A stretch of 64,000 bases of DNA from Candidatus Poribacteria bacterium (GCA_963665235.2 CAXXLX010000001.1:1088001-1152000); one strand, 5' to 3'. Shown: positions 18,262 through 28,383, numbered from the stretch's first letter. Translations and numbers: made by a program. Notes: generated by a model from the sequence alone, not told the origin.

Positions 18262-19281
18262 ATGTCAAAAACCTATCGCGTTGGCTTCGCCTCCTTAGTC
18301 CACGACCACGTCTGGGGAGAGCTGAATCGGTGGAAGGCGCATCCAAACGTTGAAATCGTCGCAGCAGGTGATGTCAACGCGGAATTACGCGACCGATTCA
18401 AAGCGGAAAGTGGCATCAACACCGTCTATGATTCATGGCAGGACATGCTAGAAAAAGCGGAGCTGGACATTGTTCAAGCATCAGCAGAAAACAACGCAGG
18501 CCCGGATATCGTTGAAGCTGCAGCAGCGAGAGGAATTCACGTCGTTTCCGAAAAACCGATGGCAGCACGACTGGACCAAGCGGAGCAGATGCTTAACGCT
18601 GCGGAAAAAGCGGGTACCGCTCTGATGATTAATTGGCCTACTGCTTGGAGCCCTGCCCTCAATACGGCAATGCAGCTTATCAAAGATGGCGCAATCGGTG
18701 ATGTTTTCTATTTCAAATGGCGTTCCGCACATAACGGGCCAAAGGAAATTGGATGCTCGCGCTACTTCTATGAGTGGTTATACGATGAAGAGAAAAACGG
18801 GGCAGGGGCATTGATGGATTACTGCTGTTATTGCGCGGATATGTGTGCCTACCTACTCGGTTTACCGGAACAGGTAACAGCCTTCCGGGGCACCTTTGTC
18901 AAAGACTATCCCTTGCCGGACGATAACGCCGTTATCCTTATGAAATATGGAAACGCCTTCGGTATTACGGAAGCCTCTTGGACACAGAAGGTTGGTTATG
19001 TCACACCAAATCCCGTGGTCTACGGTACAGAGGGCGCGCTGACGGTAACCGGCAATCAGGTAAACCTAAGCCCTGCAGGCGGCGATGCACACACCGTAGA
19101 CCCCGACCCACTTCCGGAGGGCAAACGAAACGCCCCGGAATACCTCATTCACTGTCTGGAAACGGGTGAACCGATTGAGGGGTTATGTTGTCCCAAAATC
19201 AGCCGAGATGCACAAGAAATCCTTGAAGCAGGCCTCATTTCAGCGGACAGCGGACAGGTCGTCAACTTACCGATGACGTAA
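18262..19281 (+). CDS. Gfo/Idh/MocA family oxidoreductase
   Basis: SEKPMA, GAGALMDY motifs. Confidence 0.88.
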   Translation: MSKTYRVGFASLVHDHVWGELNRWKAHPNVEIVAAGDVNAELRDRFKAESGINTVYDSWQDMLEKAELDIVQASAENNAGPDIVEAAAARGIHVVSEKPMAARLDQAEQMLNAAEKAGTALMINWPTAWSPALNTAMQLIKDGAIGDVFYFKWRSAHNGPKEIGCSRYFYEWLYDEEKNGAGALMDYCCYCADMCAYLLGLPEQVTAFRGTFVKDYPLPDDNAVILMKYGNAFGITEASWTQKVGYVTPNPVVYGTEGALTVTGNQVNLSPAGGDAHTVDPDPLPEGKRNAPEYLIHCLETGEPIEGLCCPKISRDAQEILEAGLISADSGQVVNLPMT

Positions 19282-19473
19282 GTGCGAACGTCCGGCAGCT
19301 CGCTAGTGTTCTGTTTATCTTAAATATGACTATTGGCTTTTGGCAAGACGCTTCGATACATCAAAGGATACATCAAAGCGGTTTGATGCGCGTCAGAGGT
19401 TTCAAATACCTCTCTTGCCAACTGCTAATTGCCAATTGCTAATTGCCAAATTACAAGAAAGGAAAATGTTATT

Positions 19474-20232
19474 ATGAGCGATAGAATTCCGATTGCGTTA
19501 CAACTATATTCCGTTAGAGAAGATTGTGCTCGAGACCTATCCCTTACACTGCAAGCAGTCGCACAGATGGGATATGAAGGCGTTGAATTTGCTGGCTACT
19601 ACGACCGGTCAGCAGAAGAATTGCGGGATATGTGTGACGACCTTGAATTAAAAGTTGTCGGCACCCATACCGGTTTGAACACACTCCTCGGAGATGAACT
19701 TGACAAAACAGTGGCGTTCAATCAGATTCTCGGCAATCCGTATCTGATTGTCCCGGGGTTACCCGAACAGTCCCGGAACTCACGGGAGGCTTGGTTAAAC
19801 ACAGCGAAACTTTTCAACGAAATTGCGGAAAAAATCGCTGACCAAGGGATGTTCACCGGGTATCATAATCATGCTGTTGAATTTGCACCGATGGAGGGTG
19901 AACTGCCTTGGGATATCTTCTTCGGAAACACCCGGGACGATGTCGTTATGCAACTTGACACCGGTAATTCCCTTCACGGCGGGGCTGATTCCGTACCGTT
20001 TCTAGAACGTTATCCCGGCAGAGCGAAGTTAGTGCATCTGAAGGAATATTCGGCTACTAACAACAAAGCCCTCATTGGGGAAGGCGATGTCCGTTGGGAT
20101 GACCTATTTGAGGCGTGCGAAACTATCGGGGGCACCGAATGGTATATCGTTGAGCAGGAAAGTTACGCGTACCCTCCGATTGAATGTGTAGAACGTTGCT
20201 TGGAAAATCTACGGAAAATGGGAAAAATATAG
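19474..20232 (+). CDS. Sugar phosphate isomerase/epimerase (xylose-isomerase-like TIM barrel)
   Basis: LQLYSVR, GVEFAG, YHNH, LDTG, HLKE, VEQE. Confidence 0.88.
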   Translation: MSDRIPIALQLYSVREDCARDLSLTLQAVAQMGYEGVEFAGYYDRSAEELRDMCDDLELKVVGTHTGLNTLLGDELDKTVAFNQILGNPYLIVPGLPEQSRNSREAWLNTAKLFNEIAEKIADQGMFTGYHNHAVEFAPMEGELPWDIFFGNTRDDVVMQLDTGNSLHGGADSVPFLERYPGRAKLVHLKEYSATNNKALIGEGDVRWDDLFEACETIGGTEWYIVEQESYAYPPIECVERCLENLRKMGKI

Positions 20233-20234
20233 TT

Positions 20235-20978
20235 TTGAACGGGACGGATGCTTTGCGGTCAGAAGGCCGGGCATACACCGTTGAGACGGAGCTCCTGCTC
20301 TGGTGGGAAGATTTCTACCTACCTGTCTTTGAGTATGTCCTGCCGAAAATGGGAACATTAGCGGGCAAAAAAGTGCTTGAGTTAGGCACAGGCACGGGGG
20401 GCACTGCGACGCTGCTTGCTAAACAGGGGGCATCTGTTTTCGGCATCGATCTGTTGTCTTTTCGGCTTGTTGAAGCGAAGGAACGGGCAATTCAACACGA
20501 CGTTGCCGAGGCAGTTCACTTTTCGCTGATGGATGCAACGCAACTTGCATTTCCAGACAATACCTTCGACTTTATCATCTCAAAATCTGTCTTGGTTTTC
20601 ACCGAGCATGCGGAAACGGCGAAGGAGTGCTATCGTGTTCTGAAACCGGGGGGCAAGGCAATTTTCATAGAAAATATGCAAAACCACCCGATGGTGTGGC
20701 TGTATCGCAAGGTATTCCTGAAATACTCCCGCGAGCTGCACTATTTTTCACTTGCGGATATTGAGGCAATTGGCGGGGAATTTGAGCAGATGGAACATCG
20801 TCAATTTCATCTCTTCTCCTTAGCCGCGCTGTTCTGGAAACGCGCTATCCCGATTCAACCGTTTTACCGGTGGACCTTTCGACTTCTCAAAGCAATTGAT
20901 AGCAAGCTTTTAAGACTGTTCCCGACACTCAAACGTTTCTGCTGGATTGCTGCGATGATTTGCCACAAAGAACGTTGA
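20235..20978 (+). CDS. Class I SAM-dependent methyltransferase
   Basis: VLELGTGTG motif I; RVLKPGG; start uncertain. Confidence 0.82.
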   Translation: MNGTDALRSEGRAYTVETELLLWWEDFYLPVFEYVLPKMGTLAGKKVLELGTGTGGTATLLAKQGASVFGIDLLSFRLVEAKERAIQHDVAEAVHFSLMDATQLAFPDNTFDFIISKSVLVFTEHAETAKECYRVLKPGGKAIFIENMQNHPMVWLYRKVFLKYSRELHYFSLADIEAIGGEFEQMEHRQFHLFSLAALFWKRAIPIQPFYRWTFRLLKAIDSKLLRLFPTLKRFCWIAAMICHKER

Positions 20979-21063
20979 ACGTTTCACCTTGTTCGGGCGA
21001 GAAGCCCAATGCTTTAGCTTTGGGAGGAAAGCCCGCTAACCCCGTTGGTACATCGTTTTTAAC

Positions 21064-21092
21064 TTGACATTGACCATAAAACATGGTATAAT
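21064..21092 (+). promoter_or_regulatory. tnpB promoter TTGACA-N17-TATAAT
   Basis: Perfect hexamers with extended -10 TG. Confidence 0.7.
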
Positions 21093-21188
21093 TAAAGTAT
21101 TAAGTTGGCGGACATTCTTAGCGTTACCGCTTGGTAATGTGTCCGCTTCCCACTAAGAAGGGGATAAACGCTTGATGCTTAATATACT

Positions 21189-22451
21189 ATGAAACTAACT
21201 TTCAGATACCCTGTGTATCCTACGAAAACACAGGAAACAACATTATTAGACTGGCTTGCCCATTTGTGTGAACTTCAGAACTCTGCTCGCCATGATCGCA
21301 AGGTCGCTTGGGAAACGGAACGCGAAAAAGTTTCTTGCTACGACCAACAACGGAAGTTGACGGTTGCGCGTAAAAAATACGATGACTTTCGCGAAGTCCC
21401 ACAAGATATGCAAGTCTGTGCTTTGGAACGTAACGATAAAGCCTTCGACGGTTTCTATAGACGCTGCGAAGAAGGCACTGCGAAAAAAGGGTATCCAAGA
21501 CACAGAAAAAGCATAAAGTCTATGTCGTGGAAACTCCGCAAGTCCAAAGGTATTCGCGAGCATCCGATACGCGAAACAGCATGGAAACACGACCGTTTGA
21601 AAGTCCCCAAACTTGGCGAAGTCAAAATCTATATGCACCGCCCGCTTCAAGGGGATCCCAAAGGCGTTACGCTCGTTAGAAAAGCAAGTGGCTGGTATGC
21701 TCATATTACCTGTGAACTCACGGACACCCCGAAGGTTGACCCAACAACTGCTATAGCTGTTGATATGGGAACGATGCATTATCTGACAACATCCGGAGGC
21801 GAAAGAGAGAACAACCCACGCTGGTATCGTCAAGCAGAAGGTTTAACCCAAAAACATTCCAAAGACCTTTCTCGAAAGAAAAAAGGTAGCAACCGTTCAA
21901 AGAAACAACAACACAAACTTGCATTACACCACGAGCGAACCGCGAACAGACGCAAAGACTTTATTGGCAAACTCATCTACAAACTCTACCACCACAAGAA
22001 AAACAGTGTATTAGTGGCAGAGGACTTAAGCGTTTCTAACATGGTCAAGAACAAACACCTCAGCAAGAGTATTAGCGATGCGTCTTGGGCAACCTTCTTT
22101 GAGTGGTGTGGAAACATAGCCGAAAGAGACGGTTTCCATTTCCACCAAGTTGATCCCAAAAACACTTCGCAAATCTGCTCAAGTTGCGGTGAGAAATCGC
22201 CAAAGAACCTCTCTCTGGCGATACGGACCTTTAATTGCAGTTTCTGTGGCACGTCTTTAGACCGAGACCACAACGCTGCATTAAACATTCTTTTTAAGGC
22301 AGCTGCTGCCTTTCGTGGAGAGCGGTGGGTTACCACCCTCTATGAAGCGAGAAACAAGAACGAAGCACAAGACAAAGGTTTAATAGACGCGGTACAGTTA
22401 ACGCTGTTCGATGCTCTTAACAAGCCCAAGTCTTTAGGCTTGGGTAGTTGA
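21189..22451 (+). CDS. tnpB: RNA-guided endonuclease TnpB
   Basis: N-terminal YPTKTQ helix; AVDMG / AEDL / RDHNAA RuvC triad; CSSC...CSFC. Confidence 0.93.
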   Translation: MKLTFRYPVYPTKTQETTLLDWLAHLCELQNSARHDRKVAWETEREKVSCYDQQRKLTVARKKYDDFREVPQDMQVCALERNDKAFDGFYRRCEEGTAKKGYPRHRKSIKSMSWKLRKSKGIREHPIRETAWKHDRLKVPKLGEVKIYMHRPLQGDPKGVTLVRKASGWYAHITCELTDTPKVDPTTAIAVDMGTMHYLTTSGGERENNPRWYRQAEGLTQKHSKDLSRKKKGSNRSKKQQHKLALHHERTANRRKDFIGKLIYKLYHHKKNSVLVAEDLSVSNMVKNKHLSKSISDASWATFFEWCGNIAERDGFHFHQVDPKNTSQICSSCGEKSPKNLSLAIRTFNCSFCGTSLDRDHNAALNILFKAAAAFRGERWVTTLYEARNKNEAQDKGLIDAVQLTLFDALNKPKSLGLGS

Positions 22452-23600
22452 CAAACTTTGATACACTACCTGTCCATCCAAAATTGTTGCTATCAAATCC
22501 ATTTCACAAGTTATCTGATTCCATGTAAAAACAATCAGGTTCGCTGCGCTGTTTTCTTCCATGCTGGCAACCCTCTTTTCCACACCAAGTAGTCGGGCAG
22601 GCTTTAAGGTTGCCAGCGACACAGCCTCCGCCAGCGAAATACCTGCAAATCGCACGCTGTTTTCTATCCCCCGCGCCAACGCGATTGCTGAACCGGCGAG
22701 ATATTCTGTCCCGACCAAACGGATACGCTGCGATGCAGTCAACTCCACCGCCTTACCAGCAAACTGATAGCTGCCGGGGGGCATTCCCGCTAAGGAGGTC
22801 GCGTCGCTAATGAGAATGCACCGCGCCACTGTTTTTGCCCGCATCATCGTTTTCACAACAGCAGGCGGCAGATGATGTCCATCAACAATAAGGCTTGCGT
22901 AAAGTTCATCTGCGGCGAGCTGCTCCCAAATATAGTTTGGGTGCCGTGGTATAAGCGCGTGTGCTCCGTTGCCGAGGTGTGTGGAAAGCTTCGCCCCTGC
23001 ATCAACCGCTGCATGAATATCATTCGGCGCGGCATCCGTATGGCCTAACGCCACAACTATACCGTTTTCAACTAATTTTTCAATAAACGGAATGGCCCCG
23101 TTTGTCTCAGGGGCGAGGGTCACAATGCGAATCATCCCTTCGGCGATGTCCTGCCACTGTCGAAATTCGTCCCAGTCTGGTTCCCTGACATGTTCTAATG
23201 GATGTGCTCCACGTGGTCCATCCGCCTTAGAGATATAGGGCCCTTCAAGGTGAATTCCGAGTATGGAATGGGCAACCCTTGCGTCCATTTTACACGTTTC
23301 CACAACAGCCCGGAGCGAATTTCCGGTATTTTCAAAGGAGGCAGTTATCACCGTAGGGCATAAGAAACCTGTGCCGACACGCCAGAGCGCACGAACCATG
23401 GCACACACATCCGCTGCTGTGACGGTGTCAACATTGAGTTCAAAACCAGCAAACCCGTTCACCTGGATATCTACAAGGGCAGGGGCAATCCATGTTGTGC
23501 TGTCAGCAGATGCTGCCTCCTGAATGGACTGAACGCGTCCATCGTCAAGAACAACTTCGATAGGTGTGTTATTGAAAATCTCGTGTCCACTAAATTTCAT
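22434..23600 (-). CDS. nagA: N-acetylglucosamine-6-phosphate deacetylase-like amidohydrolase
   Basis: DIQVNG, HLEGPY, TLAPE, GHT, THLGN, DGHH, LAGS; start set at MKFSG. Confidence 0.8.
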   Translation of the reverse strand: MKFSGHEIFNNTPIEVVLDDGRVQSIQEAASADSTTWIAPALVDIQVNGFAGFELNVDTVTAADVCAMVRALWRVGTGFLCPTVITASFENTGNSLRAVVETCKMDARVAHSILGIHLEGPYISKADGPRGAHPLEHVREPDWDEFRQWQDIAEGMIRIVTLAPETNGAIPFIEKLVENGIVVALGHTDAAPNDIHAAVDAGAKLSTHLGNGAHALIPRHPNYIWEQLAADELYASLIVDGHHLPPAVVKTMMRAKTVARCILISDATSLAGMPPGSYQFAGKAVELTASQRIRLVGTEYLAGSAIALARGIENSVRFAGISLAEAVSLATLKPARLLGVEKRVASMEENSAANLIVFTWNQITCEMDLIATILDGQVVYQSLSTTQA

Positions 23601-23602
23601 AA

Positions 23603-23755
23603 AATGTGAGTTTGAAAAAAGTTTTGACCTAGAGCGTTCTGTGGTAGTTTTAGCAAAAAACAGCACAAACTAGGAAGTTTATGCTACAATTATTCCGCTT
23701 TTTTCGCGATGAAAAAGGTTTAGAGCAAACGGATATTTATTATCAAGCTCACGTT
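23603..23755. mobile_element. MITE (AACGTGAG TIR family) with 5-bp TSD CATAA, carrying one REP
   Basis: CATAA-AATGTGAGTTTGA...TCAAGCTCACGTT-CATAA. Confidence 0.75.
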
Positions 23756-23794
23756 CATAAAGATTGCTCGTTGCCAGAGTGCTACCCGTGTTTT

Positions 23795-24361
23795 CTATAG
23801 CTTTCTGAGAACCAATTTTTCCGAATTCCCTTGTAGAGTGAGTCTATTTTTCCGTATAGTCCCCGCGTAATTTTGAATACCCCCAAAGTCAAGAATGATT
23901 GCCTCTTCAAGCTCCTCCTCGGTTTGACCATGGAGCAACTCCCCCAAATCCTTTGGGTCATATATAATATCAGCCCTGTCTAGAATAAGTGATACGGTTG
24001 AACCCGATACAGTGTAAGTCCCGTTTAGTTCACGAGTTAGCGTGAATTGTTGAACCGTCTCCGCATCTAGTGGAATTAATATCTGCCAACTGACATTCCA
24101 GAACCATGAATTGTTAGCGGTAAAGACAAAGCTATTTTGGGTAACCGTTATTTCTTTCTCGCCATAGCTAAACGCTAAAGACTCCTGAAATATTTCACCA
24201 TCAATTGACACGACTTCCCAAGAACCGAGTAAATCTTCCGCTGTTACTTCAAACTGTTCTTCATCCGGCGATTCTTCATCATCGCCACCGCAACCAATTA
24301 ACAGTCCTGACAAAATCAGACCGCAAAGTAGGATAAGTAGTGTGTAATTTTTATTTCGCAT
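23795..24361 (-). CDS. Lipoprotein, lipocalin-like
   Basis: LIGC lipobox; LLGSW motif. Confidence 0.7.
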   Translation of the reverse strand: MRNKNYTLLILLCGLILSGLLIGCGGDDEESPDEEQFEVTAEDLLGSWEVVSIDGEIFQESLAFSYGEKEITVTQNSFVFTANNSWFWNVSWQILIPLDAETVQQFTLTRELNGTYTVSGSTVSLILDRADIIYDPKDLGELLHGQTEEELEEAIILDFGGIQNYAGTIRKNRLTLQGNSEKLVLRKL

Positions 24362-24523
24362 CTATTTTCTGGGATTAAAACCCTAGGTCTTTAGACTTTA
24401 GGGAAAATCCGCCTCCTTCGCTAAGTTTTGCAGCAAAGCGGTGCAGATGTTTTCCTGCACACCCTGCTAAATGCAAAGTATACCATACCCTTTACTAAAA
24501 AACAATTTTTTAAAAAATTCTAG

Positions 24524-24552
24524 TTGACATATCCGCTAAAATAGCATATACT
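24524..24552 (+). promoter_or_regulatory. sigma70-type promoter TTGACA-N17-TATACT
   Basis: Upstream of the aldo/keto reductase. Confidence 0.55.
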
Positions 24553-24610
24553 TTATCATAGAGGTGCGCGTTGTCGGAAACCGCACCTGACGAATGAACG
24601 AAAAACGCAG

Positions 24611-25420
24611 GTGGACAAACACACTATGGAGGCAGAAATGGAATATCTAACTTACGGAAAAACAGGTTTAGAAATCTCACGTCTCTGTTACGGCGCAGGT
24701 CGACTCACGGATACCTGCAAAACATATCAAGCCGGTGCCAAACTCATGCTGAAGGCATTTGACGAAGGGATTACCTTCTGGGATACCGCCGAAGGATACG
24801 GAACACAACCGCACCTCGGCGAGGCTGTCCGACAGCTTAACCGCGAAGAAATTGTCATTCAAACGAAGACAGCTGTCAAAGATTACGACAGCGCATCCGC
24901 CAGTATCGGCAAAGCACTGACCGAATTGCAAACGGACTATGTAGATGTGATGCTGTTACATGCAATCTCTTCCCCTGAAGATTTGGCAACGCGGGAACGC
25001 GAAGGCGCGTTTGATGCGTTCCGGGAAGCAAAAACCGCAGGAAAAGTCCGTGTCATCGGGTGCTCCACACATATCTACACGGGGGCGGTCATGGATGCCG
25101 TTATCGAGCATCCGGAAATAGAGGTTATCCTCACAACGGCAAATAAAGAGGGTAGAATGTTAGAGGGTGGCCCTTTTGACAAACATCTCGACTATATTCA
25201 ACGTGCATATCACCTTGGGAAAGGCATCAGCATTATGAAGGTTGTCGTAGCAGGCGATATTCCTGCGGAAGATATGCCTGAATGGATTGAATGGGGGTTC
25301 AATCTTGAAACCGCACACGCGATTAACCTCGGCATGACTGAGGAACGGCACATCACGTTGGATGTTGGAATAGCGCGCGCCAGTGCAAGGCAGCGGCTAA
25401 TCGAACGCAAGGCAGCATAG
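24611..25420 (+). CDS. Aldo/keto reductase
   Basis: GKTGLEIS, WDTAEGYG, IQTK, LQTDYVDVMLLH; start may be a downstream ATG. Confidence 0.88.
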   Translation: MDKHTMEAEMEYLTYGKTGLEISRLCYGAGRLTDTCKTYQAGAKLMLKAFDEGITFWDTAEGYGTQPHLGEAVRQLNREEIVIQTKTAVKDYDSASASIGKALTELQTDYVDVMLLHAISSPEDLATREREGAFDAFREAKTAGKVRVIGCSTHIYTGAVMDAVIEHPEIEVILTTANKEGRMLEGGPFDKHLDYIQRAYHLGKGISIMKVVVAGDIPAEDMPEWIEWGFNLETAHAINLGMTEERHITLDVGIARASARQRLIERKAA

Positions 25421-25453
25421 CACGTCTACCGGGAAAACTTCGGAGCAAAAACT

Positions 25454-26263
25454 ATGATGACCCCTGAACAACGTTATCTTTTCGATGTCACCGGATATCT
25501 CCATATAGAGAATGCGGTTAGCGGCGAAGCATTGAAAGCAGCCCAAGCAGCAGCGGATGCATATATCAATGCTTCCCCTGAAGACCTGCCCCCTGGATTT
25601 GACTCGAGCGGCAAACACCTGCCGAACGGTTTCGCTTTCTCTAGGGCTTTGGAAGCACTCACAATGCTGCCAGCAACATGGCCTATCATCAAAGAGCTGA
25701 CCGATAACAGACCGCAGCTTGCACGCGGCACGATGATTGCGGATAGAGCAGGATTAGTGGAATCAGAGGAGGCTCTACGCCTGCATTGCGCGAGAGAAGA
25801 CTATGGTCGCGATAGGAACTGTTTTGAGAATCGAAACGGGAGAATCTATTGCGATGATTTTGTTGTCTTTCCCTACCTGACAGATGTACATCCGGGGGAT
25901 GGGGGGTTGTTAGTTGTTCCCGGCTCACACAAAGCGGAATTCGAGCGCCCAGAACATATCTTCAACAACGGAACGATTGATGATGTCAATCAAATTCCGC
26001 GAGGTGTAGAGAATATTACGCCAAAAGCGGGAGATGCCGTGATTATCTCTGAACTTTTGACCCATGGCGCATTACCCTGGAAACCGAAAGACCGCTACCG
26101 CTGCTTTCTTGTTTTGCGCTATAGACCGCAAGACCGGGGGGAAAGTCGCGTCCCGGAAGAGGTCCGAGAACGGTTAGCACCGGAGACGTTGGAGTTGATT
26201 GCGCGCGCAACCCCCGCTCACATCAAAGAAATTGTTAAAAAGGACGTTGTCACGTTGACATGA
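25454..26263 (+). CDS. Phytanoyl-CoA dioxygenase (PhyH)-like Fe/2OG enzyme
   Basis: FDVTGYL, LTDV...GGLLVVPGSHK, KAGD...THG. Confidence 0.85.
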   Translation: MMTPEQRYLFDVTGYLHIENAVSGEALKAAQAAADAYINASPEDLPPGFDSSGKHLPNGFAFSRALEALTMLPATWPIIKELTDNRPQLARGTMIADRAGLVESEEALRLHCAREDYGRDRNCFENRNGRIYCDDFVVFPYLTDVHPGDGGLLVVPGSHKAEFERPEHIFNNGTIDDVNQIPRGVENITPKAGDAVIISELLTHGALPWKPKDRYRCFLVLRYRPQDRGESRVPEEVRERLAPETLELIARATPAHIKEIVKKDVVTLT

Positions 26264-26283
26264 ACAATCTCGGTATGTAGCGG

Positions 26284-26886
26284 TTAGCGCGCCATCAAAT
26301 TAATGGACCCAATTGATGATTCAATGGCTCGAAGTTCCGTTTTGTATACATTTCTGGGAACGTGGTAATCGACCGCAAAGACCGCGCTTTCAGGGGCATC
26401 ACATATCAGCTTGATAAGCACAAACTCGGAAGCAATTACCATCAATTGATGCACGCGAAATGTCCCTTTCATAAAAATCGTCCGCTGAATCGTTGCTTTC
26501 GGAAAATTTTCACGGTAAGCGGTCTCCAGCGTTTTTAATAAGGTTTCGTCTGGCGCAATTTCCACGCCATCCAATCTTGAGACGATACACATCGCTCGCG
26601 AACTTTCATTCAAGAAAATCCAGCGGGGGACTACCTCAATCTCCTGTGTGAGTTGACCCTTCAATTGATCGGGAACCTGTGCTAGCAGTGAATCGTCAAC
26701 TTTTTCCCAACCCTTCGGAGGGGCTATCATGATTTTGAGGGTTGTATCTGTTATTCGGGGCCCCAGAACCGTTTTATCCACATTAAATTTGAGCGTTTCA
26801 TACTTGTGCTTTTGAGAATTGGGGGAATCACACCCGATTGCACTGCCGATTATGATTCCGCACAATAGCAGATGTAGAAATTTCAT
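26284..26886 (-). CDS. Hypothetical lipoprotein
   Basis: AIGC lipobox; AAGGAG RBS. Confidence 0.7.
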   Translation of the reverse strand: MKFLHLLLCGIIIGSAIGCDSPNSQKHKYETLKFNVDKTVLGPRITDTTLKIMIAPPKGWEKVDDSLLAQVPDQLKGQLTQEIEVVPRWIFLNESSRAMCIVSRLDGVEIAPDETLLKTLETAYRENFPKATIQRTIFMKGTFRVHQLMVIASEFVLIKLICDAPESAVFAVDYHVPRNVYKTELRAIESSIGSINLMAR

Positions 26887-26948
26887 GTTTCCGCTCCTTG
26901 ACAAGGGGTTGGGATAAAAGTGCTATCTTCTCGCAGCCCGAGAGAAGG

Positions 26949-27722
26949 TTACCTATCAAACGGCACGTTACCTTCTTGTGCCCCGCCGCCTTCTCGTGCT
27001 CCGCCACCTTCTCGTGCGCCACCACCTTCTATTGACACGCCGCCTTCGCGGGTATAATAGGTGTAAATTGCCCTTCTCTTGAGAACACCGAACAGCAGTT
27101 TTTCGTAGGTTGATAAATCATATAAGGGGAGTTCTCCCTCGTGTATCTCGTTGTAAAAGTCCAGGTCAATGTATGCCCAGACCCCATCCCATCTGTTGAG
27201 GTGCCCCGGTTGATTCTTATCCTCCAAGATATCGGCAAGGACACCGCCTGACGCTTCTTTTCCCGCAATTTCATGTACGTTTACCCGTGAAATATAGGCA
27301 TTGGAATAAACGAGCGTTTCGCCATCGAGCCAAATCATGCCATCGTTGAGAATCTTGTCCGGTTCGCCGAGCTCTTCGACACTCTGCTTGACGATGGTAT
27401 CTGCACCTTTTACCGGTTTATCTGTGATGTAACCAGCCGCTCGCAACCGATTGTTTTTGAAGGTATAAACCAGTTTGATAGGAATCCCGTTCAGCCGATG
27501 ATTGAAGATAAGCACATTTTCTGTTCTGAAATGTAGCGACTTCCCCTGTTCTGCAAGTAAAACCCGCTGTTTGTTGTAACCCCATCGCGTTTCGCGAAAA
27601 TTGTAGTCCAGCTTCTTCGATTCAGATAACATCTGTCCGAGGTTCGCACATCCTAAAGACAGCATTATCGGAATTAACAGTAGCACGTTTTTGAATCTGC
27701 CTAAGTCATAATATCTTTTCAT
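26949..27722 (-). CDS. Hypothetical lipoprotein with C-terminal EGGGAR repeats
   Basis: SLGC lipobox; FRETRWG motif; AAGGAG RBS. Confidence 0.7.
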   Translation of the reverse strand: MKRYYDLGRFKNVLLLIPIMLSLGCANLGQMLSESKKLDYNFRETRWGYNKQRVLLAEQGKSLHFRTENVLIFNHRLNGIPIKLVYTFKNNRLRAAGYITDKPVKGADTIVKQSVEELGEPDKILNDGMIWLDGETLVYSNAYISRVNVHEIAGKEASGGVLADILEDKNQPGHLNRWDGVWAYIDLDFYNEIHEGELPLYDLSTYEKLLFGVLKRRAIYTYYTREGGVSIEGGGAREGGGAREGGGAQEGNVPFDR

Positions 27723-27795
27723 GATGTATCTCCTTATAGATTACGAAGTGATAATCTGTTATTGAGGCTAAATTACAAAGAAGATGGCCTCCGCT

Positions 27796-28383
27796 TCAAA
27801 CTCTTGGATTAATTAGCTGGCCAAAGTAAATTGTGGAACGGCCCGAAATTTTCCGATAAACCGCAGGTTGGTTATGCAACTTACCTTTGTCCTGAAAAGC
27901 TTGTGTTCCTCCCTTTCTGGGGTCATTAGGACGGACAACACTTATAAACCGGTATTCATAATCGTCTAGGAATTCATTTGATTCCCAGAACAATTTTCCG
28001 ATACATCTGCAGTAACTGATGAAGCACGCTGCGCCCTTTAATTGTTGGACGACATGTGATGCCCTTTTAGAGTCCATTTTCTGAGTTTCAATACAGACAA
28101 TCCACTTTTTTGCGTTCTCCTCATTAGATATAATCACAAAATCGGCCCGCTTTCGTTGACCCTTCGCGTCATTAAAAACAGCAAGCGGATGCTCAAAATT
28201 TTCTGCTCTTATAACAATGGAGTCATGAGGCAATCCCTTGATTTTCACTGTCGTGCCAGATTGTGCGTCGGTTAGGTGAACGGACGGTTTACCCGGCCCT
28301 GATTGCAACGTAACTAGAGCATCGGGCTTGAGCATTTCCCGCAATATCTGTATGTCATTCACAAGGTTTACTCTTCCTCCCAT
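27796..28383 (-). CDS. Hypothetical protein, possible PD-(D/E)XK-like nuclease
   Basis: KRADFVII...CIETQK...QQLKG pattern; overlaps the ATPase stop. Confidence 0.55.
   Translation of the reverse strand: MGGRVNLVNDIQILREMLKPDALVTLQSGPGKPSVHLTDAQSGTTVKIKGLPHDSIVIRAENFEHPLAVFNDAKGQRKRADFVIISNEENAKKWIVCIETQKMDSKRASHVVQQLKGAACFISYCRCIGKLFWESNEFLDDYEYRFISVVRPNDPRKGGTQAFQDKGKLHNQPAVYRKISGRSTIYFGQLINPRV

Larger units (their letters stand above)
20988..22452 (+). mobile_element. IS200/IS605-family element, tnpB only, target TCAC
   Basis: Left end after TTCAC with GAAG plus hairpin CCCAATGCTTTAGCTTTGGG; right end CAAG plus CCCAAGTCTTTAGGCTTGGG then TAGT-TGAC. Confidence 0.85.
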
